Shown: positions 49,052 to 63,278 of the stretch, one piece after another | How positions within the stretch are numbered: the stretch's first letter is position 1 | Layout: the number at the start of each line of letters is the position of its first letter | Assembly (NCBI GenBank): GCA_964016885.1 | Contig: OZ024742.1 | Coordinates: forward strand, 38,564,001 to 38,628,000 | Origin: Eledone cirrhosa | Lineage: Eukaryota | Direction: 5' to 3' | Length of the DNA: 64,000 nucleotides | Made by a program: the position numbers and the translations under genes | Notes under the pieces: model-generated | The model's database searches: none | What the model was told of the DNA's origin: nothing | Seen by the model: the letters and a program-made list of their open reading frames with translations, nothing else

Positions 49052-50933
49052 GTAAGGAAAAAAATCAACCAAATATTCTCCACCAAACAAAAACAAACAC
49101 ACACCTCTTAAATGTTCTGTGTTGATTTGATTTTGTGTATTTGTGTTTACTGATACCTTAATAAATTTCCCGCTGCTCTTGGTCATCATCACTAGCAATA
49201 GATTGACCCTTATAGTATATAACTCACAAAATTCATACGAAAACAATCATTAAATTGTTTTGATATTTAAAGCAAAAATTGTTTCTCCATCATTTCTTTT
49301 GTTTTGATGTTTTTGTTACATCTTAATAGCTTCATATTAATTAATCATTTTTAATATTGACCCCCCCTCCCCCTCGTTCTTAATTTTCAATGTATTAAAC
49401 CCGAAGAAAAGGTAATCTCACGTCAAAGCAGGACTGCGACCCCGATTTCAATCCTCGGTTCTTGCCTCTAAAACAGTTGCCCTCAACCTTTTGATAATGA
49501 AAGGGGCCGATTTGAAGAACCCCATTTGGAAGGAGTACTACATTTTGAAATATACCAAATACGCACTCCAATTTCCAATCTAACACGTAAATAGCAGAGC
49601 ATTTTTTATCACAGGAAAAATAGAATTAAAGTTGATGAAAAATGTTAAAAACTAATATTAAAAACTGCTTTATTTTGAATATATATATTATGAGATACTG
49701 AACTTTTCCAACAAGCTTGGTAATGTCCAGTTTTATGTTAGCTATAGAAAGCATTGAAATTTGATGTAACCTCATGCTCAAACTTTCGACTAATAATCCC
49801 GGATTTAAATAATTTCATTTTTGAAAACGTACGAGGTCCGCATCCATTTATTTATAGGGGTATGGGTTTGGGACCACTGCTCTAAAGCTTTTGAGGAAAG
49901 CAAGAACGCCAAAACACCTCGTTTCCCGGCGCTAATAAAGAGTAAATTTAAACAATGACAATGAGGTTATTTTTCTTCGTACTTAAAGATATATTTCGTA
50001 TGAATTTGGTGAGTTATATATTAATATCCAGTTATGATCAAAGTCAATATATATTATGTTTATTGACCAAAGTTGTAAGTTCCATCACTATTCTATGAAG
50101 ACAAACTATGTCCAGCTATTTCTTATTTAACAAGCACCCCCTCGTCCACTTGTGCATTCTCGTTGTATGTAGATTGAGGCTTCGTGAAAACGCATGGCCT
50201 AATGGTTAGAATGTTGAATTCAAGATTATAAAATTCGTGGGTCCAGTTTATGGACCAGGTTGCGTGTTTTATTTTTTTTTAGCAAAACACTTCATTTCAT
50301 GTTCCTTTTCATGATAGGACTAGGACCCCTATCATTAAAACACCCGAGAAATCTCCTGAGATACAACCTCATATGAGGACAGTTAAAACTACACGTGTGA
50401 GCTGTAAATTTCATTTGAAAGCCTTACAAAATAAGTTTTTCTTTGTTTTGTAAACATGAAATTATCTCTGTTATTTATGGCTATTTTGTAAACAATTTGG
50501 ATAAATATATATAGTTGTCTTTTAAACCTTACTGTTGCATCTACTAAATTAAAAGATTTTATGAAATTCAGATTAATATTGATTACACAAACTGACCATT
50601 TTAATTTAATGGTCGAAGACGATTGACCATAACTCTTAAACATATTCGATCATCTTCAGTTGGAAAAGCTTTCTGATTACTTCCTCCATTGCGTACATTC
50701 ATATATTTATATTGAAATGTCCCGCTTTTTCTCGGTCGTTCATCCCGCATGCAGTCTTTTAGTTGTTTTGATTTAGAGTAAATAACTTAATGGAATTACC
50801 GGCCAAAATACATTCCATATGCAGTACAGTTAGATGTATATATATACGAACGTTAAGATTAAAACATCGTGTGCATTAGGTTTAAGACATCATATAAACT
50901 CATCTGTATATTTGTCTATTTATCTCTTACTCT

Positions 50934-50964
<31 letters not shown>

Positions 50965-53900
50965 TTATAGTGAATACAGCATCAAACAAATGTTGACATA
51001 ATATAAAGAAAAAGCAAATATTGATCCACCTTTTCTTTTTTTCTTCAAATGTACTACTACACGTGTACTTCGGCGACAGAACGAGTTCGCTGACAGTCAC
51101 CTATCAATCATAATTTTTTTCAGAAACAGTTACATAATGTTTTCTTAATATAGCTAGTTTCTTAGAGAATTATTGTACGTTGTTTTTAGTTTCTATTTTG
51201 ATCCTTTTCTTGTGTATTTTTCTCTCTCTATTTTATTTATCTTTCCAATATTTGTTTTTATTAAGTTAAAGTTGGAGAATTGGCAAAGCCATTAGAACGT
51301 TGGATACAATGTTTTTCAGTATTCGTTCCGACTGTCTGAGTTCAAATCCCGTGGAGGCCAATTTTACCTTTCACACTTTAGTGGTCGATAAATAAAGTAC
51401 CAATCCAAGTATTGGGGTCTTCCTATATTCCACGTTCTCTTTCTCTGGAGAAACCTACTGGAAAGAGATGTGCTCAACCAAGTTTTGAACTTGGTCACCC
51501 TGCATATGTTTGTATAAATTTTAGTCTCTCTCTCTCACACACATATATGTAATATCAAGAGTTTCCGTAGACTATATACAGGAAAAAGAGCGCTCTACGT
51601 TAAGTACAGAGCTAAAGTATATTATAAATAAATAAATGCTTTAGGTAGCATGCAACTATGTTGAGAATTTACTTATAATATATATAGACACTTACAAGTA
51701 CACATTTCATAGAGAATTAAATGTATGAGTAACTTTGGAGAAATAACTGTTTATAGGGACAACATGACCGAGATAGAAAATGCATTGTGTGTGTATAAAT
51801 TTTAAAGTTACAGGCAAACATATATATATAAGACATGGCATGTTATGGTTTTTTGTTTTTACAATTAATTAAGATTTTTATTATTCACAGTTGTATAAAT
51901 AACATTACAAATTGTTTATAATTCTTACAGAATGAACATATAAACACATAGTAAATACAAGTAATTATTGCCAAGAACCTCACAAATATAATGCACAAAA
52001 ATATATGATCAAAGCGGGAGAGAAAAAAACAAACATCAATTCATCACCAAGTGCGACAATCAGCTGCACACCACAAGACTCAATGGAAAATTTTGAGGCA
52101 AGCCACTATGCTTGCAACATTACCGCAGGTGATAGCAAGGCTAAGGCACTGAAGCTATCAGACACCCCCACAGGCATTACCTGACACCTCAGTAAGGTGA
52201 GCCACTAACAATGACAAGAACTTCGCTGTCAGTGGCCCAACTCCACCAAATGTCTCAAACATCGCAGGGTGGAAAAAAATTATTACTTGATAGTTCCCGG
52301 TATATTAGCGTTTTATTCAATTCAGTAATGGAAGTTGTGACCTTCATATTTACCGTGGCATCCATGATGTGGGGGGGAGCAAAAAAATCACTGACTGTAG
52401 CATCCCAGATGAGATATCTGCCTATTAACCAGGGACAAAGTGTAAGACCATCTTGTTTCTTCCCATCAATTCTGGATAATCCAGCCAGCTCCAGAACTGA
52501 GGGGATATTTACGCGAGCTAGGGCCTGATTAATGATCAGGTTTAGCGATAGTTATAAAGAATATTGTGTTTCAAGTCTTGACAATGGCTGGATTAAGCTT
52601 ATATGGGACCACTGGCTGAAACTTTCATTACAGCTCTTGAAAATTATTTATGATAGCAAAAATATTAGTTTGGGGGTCTTTTAAATATTATGGACACATA
52701 GCTACAGCCCATTTGCCCTTTTGCCGCCAAATCTGCCACTGGCTTCAACTATAAATTGAACATAGATTCTGTTTACAGATTGCTAGTGTTCTAACTTTAT
52801 GGTTGCACCACTTGGTAAATAAATTGACTGCTTAAGCAAAATGCTGCAGATTTATTGCTGAAGAGAATTGCATTGTTGAGGCTCGGATGCTTTTCTTTTC
52901 AAACACTGAAATATTGTACTTGCATGGGTTGGATGGGTCTTTTTCAACACAGTAGTTTCCCTTCACTTGTTGCATTTTATTTTGTCATCACCTCTGCCCA
53001 AGTCTTCCTTGGTTTCCTTTGCTGCAGCTTCCTTCCATTAGGAATTTCTGGCACTTCACCCAATGAACATCATCCATATGTATCATGTATTCATATCAGT
53101 GCACACTTCATTTAATTCTGCTTATAGCCAGTTACAATCTCAGTTCATCCATACTTTGTTGTTCATGCATATTAGCATCACACGTCCGTCAGAGCATACA
53201 TCATTTCTCTCCAGTCTTTGTATGTCCTCTGTATTTACTGCTCAAATTTCACTTCTGTGCACTTTGCACACAAGTATCATACAGCTGGTTTTTGTTTGTA
53301 GGGAGAAACCTTTTGTTGTCAACCCATCCATATGTCAACATGGAAAGTGGATGCAAAATTATGATGACACAGACTGTACAGGATTTAACCTAAGTTACGA
53401 AAAATGTGTGCGTTTACACATACATTTATGTATGTAAACATGTCTTATTTATGGTACTTGTTTTGGTTCTTTATATACTGAGTTCAAATCCTGCCATGGT
53501 CAACTTTCATCCTTTATGGATCAATAAAATAAAGTACCAGTCAAGTATTGCGTTCACTTTAATCAGCTTACCCCTCTCCCAAAATTGCAATCCTGCCGAG
53601 GTTGACTTTGCCTTTCATCCTTACGGGGTCGATAAAATAAAGTACCAGTAATGCACTGGGTAATTGCTGGCCTTGTGCCTAAAGTAGAAACAATTATTAT
53701 TGAGTGATGGCAGTATTGGTAGAGGGTCGGACGCCATGCTTTCCAGCATAGTTACGTCCCTTTACGATCTGAGTTCAAATCCCGCTGAAGTTGACTTAGC
53801 TTTTCATCCTTACGGGGTCGATAAAAGGAAGTACCAGTAATGCACTGGGTAATTGCTGGCCTTGTGTCTAAAGTAGAAACAATTATTATTGAGTGATGTA

Positions 53901-56900
53901 GAATGGCTTAAACTATCGCTTCTTGAAGCAGTCCATGTAGACCCCTAGGAGTGAATATAAGCTCAAGGGTCCATGGAGATGAATTTACTAGCTTTAATCG
54001 TTTTGTAGCGGAAGAACAAATATTTGTAACAGATGAACAATGTAGGATGGGGTGGGGTGGTTGTGAGGAAGGAAGGGTGTAGATTCATATATATATAAAA
54101 GCTATTTTTAGGTTTAATCAATACAATTAAAATATATATAATGTTATAAATTTCAGTTCAGAGCATTTATAATATAAGTATAAATGATATATAACAGGAT
54201 ATATCAATTGAGAAACAACTAGTATTTTGTACATATATACAGAACAAATAATATGTAAATTTAGATACATACTCCTAGATGTTAAAATGACTTAGAATCT
54301 CAGACAGATCTGTTCTGGAAACCAAAAAAAGAATACAAACCTTCAATATCAGTAATTAGTATCAATCACCAATTATCGATTTTGGTAATACGCATCTTAA
54401 GCCCTTTTAACAACTAGAAGTATGTATTTACACTTACATATTTGTTCTGTATATAGCTACAAAATACTAAGTGTTTCCCAATTGACACACCCTGTTATAT
54501 ATTGCTTATACTTATATATATATACATATATATATTTATGTATATATATCATCATCATCGTTTTTACGTCTGCTTTTCTATGCTTGCATGGGCTGAACGG
54601 GTCCTTCTCAGCATTGCATCTCTTCACTCACCATATTCCTTTGTCATCTCCTTTGTGAGTCTCAGCAATTTGTATGTTTGTGTGTGTGTGTGTGCGCATA
54701 TGTGACTAGAAAGATATCTATTTTCAGTCCCTTGGTTTGGAAACTGTTTTTACTTGACATTTAGCTATAATTATCTCTAAATTAACAAATGAATTATTCA
54801 AGTGAATCAGTTTCTCATGTATTGATTAATTTTAGCAAGATTAAGTACCTAGCAGCCAACAGATAAAATAGTTAAATAGAAATATAACAATCATTATGTA
54901 TTGTTATAGTGAAAATGTCGTGTGGAATATATTAAAAAAAATTATACAGCTACTCTTCACTGGCTTAGTGGTTAGGGTGTTGGCACATGATTAAAAAGTC
55001 ATGGGATCAATTCCTGTACTGGGTGGCACATTTTATTCTTGAGCAAGACACTTCATTTCTTGTTTCTTTTTATGATAGGACTCAGGGCCCCTATGATTAA
55101 AAGACCAACGAAACCTCAATGAGATACCACATTGTAACAGGCCAGCTAAATTTACATAGGTGTGAGCTGTAAATCTTTTTTTCACTCAATGAATATATTT
55201 ATCATGTAGATCACCAACATTATTAATACATATATTTATATATATATGTGAAAATGTTTTTGTTTTTTTAAATTTTAATGATACACAAAAATTTCAACTG
55301 CAAAGTTGAAATAACTAAATAAGATTTCAGTATCTATACATATAATTGTAGAGCAAATATTTATTTATTTGAACATTTATGTATGTAAGCATGCATGTTT
55401 GTATATATCATCATCATTAACACTATTTTACATCTGTTGTTCCATGCTTACGTGTGTGTAGTGGTCAATGGTAACAGGGCAAACCAGCCCATGAAAAGCC
55501 CCCTCTCACCCCTTCGCCTCTCCGATGTGCAGAACCTCTGGCTTATGCCACCTCATGGCTCTAAATTATTCTGAATTTTTCTTGCAGGAAATTTCACTTC
55601 ACCTCGTGACCTTAATCTGATCATTGCCAAAAATAACCGCATGGAAATATATGTTGTCACTCCTGAAGGTTTGCGCCCAGTTAAAGAAGTTGGTATTTAT
55701 GGTCGGATAGCTGTGTTGGAGCTTTTCCGTCCTCCAGTAAGTTATATTCTTGAAATTTTGACGTTTTAAAATTTTCTGTTTTTCTTTTTGTTTCATTTAT
55801 TATTATTAATAATAATAAATGAAATTTATAAAGGACGGTGGATTGGCAAATCGGTAGAGTGTTGGACAACATGCTTCATAGCACAGCGTTACGGCTCTTT
55901 ACATTTTTAGTTCAAATCCTGCTGAGGTTAGCTTTGCTTTTCATCCTTCTGGGGTTAATAAAATAAAGCACCATTAATGCACTGGGGTTGATTTAATTGA
56001 CTTTCCCCTTCCCCAAAATTGCTGACCTTGTGTCTATATAAGAAACCATTATTATTAACAGTATCGGGCGATGGATTGGCAGTATCGGTAGAGGGTCGGA
56101 CGCCATGCTTTCTAGCATAGTTACGTCCCTTTACAGTCTGAGTTCAAATCCCGCCGAGGTTAACTTTGCCTTTCATCCTTACGGGGTCGATAAAATAAAG
56201 TACCAGTAATGAACTGGGTAATTGCTGGCCTTGTGCCTAAAGTAGAAACAATTATTAACAGTATCAGTAGAGGGCCGGACGCCTTGCTTTGACGCATAGA
56301 GTTAGGGCCCTTGCCATTCTGAGTTCAAATCCCGCCGAGCTTAACTTTGCCTTTCATCCTTACGGGGTCGATAAATAAAGTACCAGTAATGTACTGGGTA
56401 ATTGCTGGCCTTGTGCCAATAGTAGAAACAGTTATTATTAATAATAAAAAAGTAACTGCATTGTCGACTGGACATTATTGTATTGAGCAAGACAAACACT
56501 ACTGGATTATAGACATAGCCATACCGAATGACATAAATATTGTCAGTAAAGTACTCCAACTTGAATGTAGAGATGGCAATACTGTATGGAATGCGAGAGG
56601 TAATATGAAAGTGATATCAGTTATGATTGGGACATTCAAAAAATAAGTATGGGGTTGATATAATTATTACAATCCCTTCATGATGGTACCCCAGCACATT
56701 CACAGTTTAATGACGGAAAACAGTAAAATAATATGAAAAAAAAAAGTGAAAAAATTAAATTTGTGTTTTACAGGGCGAAGAGAAAGATTTCATGTTCCTG
56801 CTGACATCACGCTACAGTGCTATGATCTTGGAATGTCAGCAGGAAGGGGACAACATTGACATCATAACCAAAGCACTTGGATCTGTGCAGGTATGTATTT

Positions 56901-59900
56901 TTCTAGCTGGTTCTGTGTTATCAATGATGATTCCACTTTTTCATGCTGATACATGCTGTTAGAAGGGTCGTCACAGATCAAGCCAGTACTTAATTGGAGT
57001 TACTACCCGCTTAGATGTGCCAGGGGCTCACATCTCGCTACATGTGCTCCAGCATCTCACAGAGTATGCTGGCTGCATTTTATTGTAGCACAAGTACTAG
57101 GGAAATTGTCAACCATTTGTTTGGCATGGTTTCTACAGTTGGATACTCTTGTTAACACCAACCACTTTACAGAATATACCAGGTGCATTTTATGGTACCA
57201 GCACCAGCAGGAAATAAAATTAAATATTCACTGTGTCTTCTACATAGGGCCCTTATCATTAAAACACTCCAGAAAACTATGAGATGTGACTTCATAGGAG
57301 GCCAGTTAAGCCTGCATAGGTGTAAGCTATAACAACATGATGCGACTGAAGCCCCCTATCATTAAAACACCCAAGAAACCTCCTATGAAATGCCTCATAG
57401 AAGGCTAGCTACACCTGCATAAGCTATAACATGATAAAACTTGAGCTCTTATTATTAAAATACTCAAGAAACCCCCTGTGAGATACAACCTAGGAGGCCA
57501 GCTAAACTTACAAAAGTCAGTTATAAATTTCATTTCATTTCATTTTCTTTCAGGATAGAGTTGGTCGACCGTCGGAAACTGGGATAATTGGAATTATTGA
57601 CCCTCTCTGTCAAGTGATAGCTTTGAGACTTTATGATGGCCTTTTGAAGGTCATTCCACTGGACAAAGACAGAGAGCTGAAAGCTTTTAATATACGGTGA
57701 TTATCCTTTGATCTTTTACCTATCATTACATTTCTATAACTATATATTTACATTTTACATAATAAAGGGAAGACAAAAATCGTATTGAAATTTGATTTAG
57801 AGTAAATAGTAACTCTGAAAACATCCTGTCATGATTTAACAGAAAATATATAAAATAGGTTTGTGAATTCAAATGTTTATAGTTTCTTTATTAGTGGACA
57901 GATTTTTGTAAAAATATTACAATAGAAGAGTAAAGAATTCAATTTTTTATGTGGTGCAGTCATTGTTTTGTTTAATACTTCTCAAGAATGCCTTGCTAGT
58001 GCAGTTTCATGCAGTACAGGACATTAAGTATTATTATTGGGTTTGTCAACCATCTGTAGTTTTAGTCTTAACTTCATGTACCACATGAAACTGCATTAGC
58101 TTGAAAAGTTAAAAAATAACACTATGCTTGCATCTGATTTAAGTCTTTATTTCACTGCAAATTTTCACAAAAATCTGTCCTCTAGTATACTATAGATATT
58201 TGAATTAACAACTATATGCACCCAAGGTTGAGTGCATACGTTTGAAAGTTGCTCCAGGTATAGTTGCTATTTCTCTGAATTGAGAGATCACAGCTCTGAT
58301 ACTATGGACATGTGGTTAGAATGTCTCAGGAAAGAATTGCTGGACAGATTTTATGGGCAAAACCAACTGGCTGGGGACGCCAAGCAAGATGGTTGCGTAA
58401 CAATCCATGAGCTCAGCTGGTTGCTTGTGTCAGGACCCACTGGAAGGTGTGCTTGAGGACTTTTCCCTCAAGACTCAAGCAAAGAAGAAGAAATATAGGC
58501 ACAAATGACATACAGGATTACATGTTTGAGTAACTTTATAGAAATACCTATTTACGGGGACAAATGTAGGGTTAGAATTGAGGACCTTGTGACTGTTATA
58601 GCAACATAATTGTGATAGGAGATGCATTGTGTATATGTTTGTGTGTGTAAATTTTAAAGTGTTACAGACAGATTTATATAAATAAATATACAAACACATG
58701 ACATTATGGTTGATTCTGCTTCATTTTCAGCTTAGAAGAACTGACTGTGATAGACATACAGTTCTTACATGGCTGCCAGGTCCCAACTATTATTCTTATT
58801 TACCAGGTAAGCTTGTTTGTTGTTAATGTTATTATTACTATTATTGAGATTCCTTTTGTCACAGCATGACAACTTCTCCAGTGCTGGTGCTCTGAACAAT
58901 GCACCCAATACACACTTTAAAGTGGTTAATGAAAGCAAGAGCATCCTTCTTAACTGTAGAAACCATACTAAGAAAGGATTGAGAAAACCCTGCAGTTATG
59001 TCAAGGGCCTGATAACTGTAGAAAACTTGCCAAAAAAAGAGTTGAGAGGACTCTTAGGTGTATCAAAGACATGACAACCTCCCTAATGCTGGTGCCACAA
59101 TAGAATGCACTCGGTAGGCTCTGTAAAGTGTTGGAATGTATGTAAGCAACATGCAGCCCCCCAGTACATCTGAGAGGTCAGTAGATTGAACTAAACACAC
59201 TTGATTTGTGACGACCCATCTAGTCTTTGCTAGCCGGGAAAATTGATGGTAAACAATGACAGTTTGGATTTTGGTGTGAGTAAAAAATATTACTAAATTA
59301 AGCTATTGGACTACCAGCTCAATTGCATAGTAAAACAAACACTGTAGAAGCTTTGAAACCTGGTAGTGAGGTCTTCTCAATTTAGTTAACATTACTGATG
59401 GTCTCGAATAACTACTCATCCTCATCATTCAATGTAAAATTAATAATCATATTTTAGCAAAGGATCAACTTTTCTGATTGTTCACAAAATATGTAGAGTC
59501 TTACTAAAATATGGCAGGATTATGTATGGTGGCTGAGAGGTTAAGATGGTGACTACAAAGTCTTGTTTAGCTATTGAGTTTCTTGAATTTGTCTCTGCTT
59601 ACTAGTCATGACTTTCAGAAACATTTTTCACGCTCAGAGTTACTGAAGCATGGAACAAACTACCAGCATCTGTTGTTAGCTGTCAAGACACTGCATCCTT
59701 CAAAACCTCCATGCTTCCCAAAATTCGCCAACACTACACTTGATATTCCCCCTCAATACTCACGTATGCATGTATCTGTGTGTATTTCATGACTCTTACA
59801 CTGTTCAATTTCCTGACATTTGTACATTATTCTATGTATTATACATGCACCTTTGATGAGTTATAGTGCACCTGAGCACTACACAATAATTTTCATTCTC

Positions 59901-62900
59901 ATTATCATTTCATTATCATCAGTTTTCCATGTTGGTTCTTATGGTCTGAGACTAGAGAGGTCAGAAGACTGCATCTTGCTCATACATCTTATTTTGACAT
60001 GGTTTCTAAGACTCACTGCCCTCTTTTAACACTGCATATTGGGTGCATTATATTTTGGCAAACTTTTAGATATGCTTGTTTAGAATTAAGGATCTAAAAT
60101 TGTTTTGAAAAAATACATGTTCACCATTTCATGTTAATTTTTCATTCTAGCATGGGTTAGACAAGTTGCCACAGTCTGAGACTTGACAGGCCACATTTTG
60201 CACACTTGGTGCACTTTGGCATGGCTTCTTTGGCTGGATGCTTTTCTTGAGACTAACTATTTTACAGTGTACTGGGTGCATTTTATTATGGCACCATTTG
60301 TATGCTTGCTTAGAATTAACTATTTTCAGGACTGTATTTCTCATGAAATTCATTCTATTTCAATTAATTAATGAAAAATTTTGAAAGATTTACTAAAATC
60401 ATTATTTCATTACTATGATAGTAACTTAACATATGGTTCTTATATAAAGTCATGCTGGAAAATTTAAATTTAAATAGGAACCTTTTTAAATGGGTGGTTT
60501 TATTTCATAGAACCAGAGCTGGTTTTTGGCTGGGTTGGTATCAAAAAGATTAAGGACGTAAAATTGTTTTGAAAAGTACATGGTGTCTTGTGCGACCCAT
60601 GCCAACATGGAAGAACAGGTGAAAAAATAGCCATGATGATGATGATACAAACAACTAAGCTTACATTTAATTATTGTTTTTGTTCTTATGCTCTCCATTG
60701 TAGGACCAACATGGGAGGCATGTAAAAACTTACCAGATTGGACTCCAAGAGAAAGAATTTCAAAAAGGACCATGGAAGCAAGACAATGTTGAAACAGAAG
60801 CATGTATGGTTATTGCAAGTGAGTACCTATATTATATGTAGACCATGTGTCTATGACATAGACAAAATGGCTGTGATGGTAAAGTATTAAACAAGTATGT
60901 TGTGACTTAGAGACAAAGTGGCTATGATGATAAGGTATTAAGCAAGTATATTATGATATAAAACCTATGTGGTTATGATGGTAAAATACTGAACAAGTTT
61001 CTATGTTATGACATAGAGACAAAATGGCTATGATGGTAAGGTATTAAACAAGTTTGTCTTAGGTTGTGAGGCCATATTTTGCTTATAGCATCATATTGCA
61101 TCTGATAAAATACTTGTTACAGCTCCAAGTTATATAGCTCTAGCAGTCTTCCTATGAAGTATGAAGTTGTATCTTATAGGAGTTTTCTCTGGTGAAGAAT
61201 TTAGAGAGATTCATTATCATGATGGTGTTTCGAACATAACTGAACAAAAGGTTATACAAAATTATGTTGGAAGATTTTAATTTAAATAGGAACCCCATTT
61301 ATAGTCCTTTCTTCTACTTTCCTATACAGGCATATCTGCTCTTCTTTATACCTTCCTCCCTCTTTTCATTACTTAATTTTGTTTTTATCTTTTTTTTTTA
61401 TTTTTCCATTATTGTATAACTTCTTTTTGTAAAATATATTTGACAAAATTCATGTAAAAAAAAAATTAGATGACAGATAAAAAAATATGAAAATAAGTGA
61501 TTATTGAACGAGTGAATTTTCTTTGTGAATTATTACCTTTTCTGTGTTTTTATTTTTTATTTTTGTACATTGCCATAAAACCACATTATTGTATTCTACC
61601 ATCCTTAATGTCCCTTTTATAAACCCTTTGTGGTTAATAAAGAAATCATTATCATCACTATTATTATTATTGGCAGTATCGGTAGAGCGTCAGACACCTT
61701 GCTTCACACCATAGAGTTATGACTCTTTACATTCTGAGTTCAAATCCCGCCGAGGTTAGCTTTCCCTTTCATCCTTACGGGGTTGATAAAATAAAGTACC
61801 AGTAACACACTGGGGTTGATTTAATCGTCTTTTCCCTTCCCTCAAAATTGTTGGCCTTGTACCTAAATCAGAAAACATTATTATTATCATCATCTTTATT
61901 ATTATTATTTCTTTACAGTACCTGAGCCATTTTGTGGGGCATTAATCATTGGACAAGAGTCAATCACATATCACAAAGGAGACAATTTTATTCCCATTGC
62001 ACCACCAGCAATAAAAGTAAAACATCATTTTATCTATATTTATTTTCCTCTTCATATTTTATCGCTAATGTTAGATATTCCCTTTAGAGCTGTGTTATGT
62101 TGTTGTTATTAGATCTCTATTGGTCTTGATAACAAGTGTTCCAGTTGTTCAAACAATGGAACATCCTACTCATTAGATTAATGTGCGAGTGTTCTGATCT
62201 AAACTGTGAGTGAAATTGGCTTGATGGAAATTATATGGAAGCCCATCAAATAGTGTCACACTGATTCTGTGTAAGAATTATATTAAGAATACACGTCTGT
62301 GGATTGTTCAGATTCTTACAAGTTAATTTGTGTTAGAGGTACAGTTGATCAAAGGAATGGTTGTTGAAGGGTGTTTGGAGCATAGATTAACAAAGATTCT
62401 TACATAACATGATGTAACTCTTTTAGATAAATATAACGACTGGTGATATATCATAGTAAAAAAGACAAACCTACCAGTACAAGCACTGAAGCACTAAAAG
62501 TAAATATGATGAGAAACTAGAGGCTGCAGTTTATGGCAATTAAATGGAGACAATGTAAGGTTTGATAGGACTTTTCAGTCTGGCTGAGCACTTGACAACC
62601 TCTTTAGTGATTGTATGATGATGATGATGATCATCATCATCATCATCGTTTTTACGTCTGTTTTTCCACGCTTGTATAGGTTGGACAATGATAATGATTT
62701 TAAATATACACCTCCGTATAGAACTAGAGGTGATATCAAAAGGGTTAATATATGACCTTCAGGATACATAAATGTGTAGCGAAAAAGTTCTAGGTTTCAA
62801 TATGTTAATCACAAAAGCCTGGCGTACTGTCCAGCTGGAATGGTATCTCTGCTGGTTAACTTCATAGATTGATAAAATAAGTACCAAACTTGAAAAAAAA

Positions 62901-63278
62901 CTACTGGGTTTGATATAATCAACTAAAACTTTGAAGGCTGTGCTCTAGCATGGCTGCAGTCTAGTGACTGAAACCAGTAAAAGAATTAATTTCATGAGGT
63001 GTAGCTTGTGAAGACATCATATAACCTTGTTTTTATTACATTTTGAAGAAGTTTTTCACATATATCATTTCATATAACTGGTTGAAATTTTTGTGTAATA
63101 ACTCTGTTTCTATTTAACATTACAGCAAAGTCCTTTAACATGTTATGGCAAAGTTGATGGATCCCGTTACTTACTCGGTGATATGGCTGGAAGACTTTTC
63201 ATGTTATTTCTTGAAAAGGAAGAAAAAATGGATGGCACTGTTGTAGTAAAGGACTTAAAAGTAGAACTCCTGGGTGAG
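48991..63278 (+). CDS. DDB1: DNA damage-binding protein 1, multi-exon gene span (8 coding exons in window; continues beyond the right edge)
   Basis: Exons 48991-49051, 55588-55736, 56774-56890, 57554-57696, 58731-58806, 60704-60818, 61919-62016, 63126-63278 splice to 912 nt starting [25 protein letters not shown], strongly similar to the animal DDB1 N-terminal propeller. Confidence 0.98.
54173..54516. repeat. Degenerate long inverted repeat (arms about 125 bp, spacer about 95 bp)
   Basis: 54173-54298 is roughly the reverse complement of 54394-54516; TA-rich flanks. Confidence 0.75.
55588..55736 (+). CDS. DDB1: DDB1 exon 2 ([50 protein letters not shown])
   Basis: ttgcag acceptor, GTAAGT donor. 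Confidence 0.97.
55835..56440 (+). mobile_element. Tandem trimer of a second tRNA-derived SINE family
   Basis: Head GGATTGGCAGTATCGGTAGAG...GAGTTCAAATCCCGCCGAGG, body GCCTTTCATCCTTACGGGGTCGATAAAATAAAGTACCAGT, tail GGCCTTGTGCC..AGAAAC(ATT)n. Other copies at about 697-920 (-), 14618-14845 (-), 33198-33420 (+), 36636-36815 (-), 44205-44390 (-), 47080-47200 (-), 53470-53890 (+), 61670-61880 (+). Confidence 0.85.
56774..56890 (+). CDS. DDB1: DDB1 exon 3 ([39 protein letters not shown])
   Basis: ttacag acceptor, GTATGT donor. Confidence 0.97.
57240..57530. repeat. Degenerate tandem repeat of about 90 bp, x3 (tail of a third SINE family)
   Basis: ATCATTAAAACACCCAAGAAACC..GAGATAC..GAGGCCAGCTA..AGCTATAA units; single copies end SINE-like elements at about 50190-50410 and 54958-55175. 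Confidence 0.7.
57554..57696 (+). CDS. DDB1: DDB1 exon 4 ([47 protein letters not shown])
   Basis: tttcag acceptor, GTGATT donor; [14 protein letters not shown] motif. Confidence 0.97.
58731..58806 (+). CDS. DDB1: DDB1 exon 5 ([26 protein letters not shown])
   Basis: tttcag acceptor, GTAAGC donor. Confidence 0.97.
59604..59912 (+). mobile_element. CR1-clade LINE 3' end fragment
   Basis: HDFQKHF..LRV..AWNKLP remnant plus the same 3' UTR. Confidence 0.85.
60704..60818 (+). CDS. DDB1: DDB1 exon 6 ([38 protein letters not shown])
   Basis: ttgtag acceptor, GTGAGT donor; GRHVKTY and KGPWKQ motifs. Confidence 0.97.
60854..61054. repeat. Degenerate tandem repeat of about 50 bp, x4
   Basis: Units ATGACATAGA..CAAAATGGCTATGATGGTAAGGTATTAAACAAGT. 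Confidence 0.8.
61919..62016 (+). CDS. DDB1: DDB1 exon 7 ([33 protein letters not shown])
   Basis: ttacag acceptor, GTAAAA donor; [10 protein letters not shown] motif. Confidence 0.97.
63126..63278 (+). CDS. DDB1: DDB1 exon 8 ([51 protein letters not shown])
   Basis: ttacag acceptor, GTAAGT donor; [15 protein letters not shown] motif. Confidence 0.97.

Noticed and set aside
48895-49125. 76-aa ORF extending upstream of the DDB1 start
   Set aside because: The conserved start is the ATG at 48991; the upstream part is promoter/UTR and the downstream part runs into intron 1.
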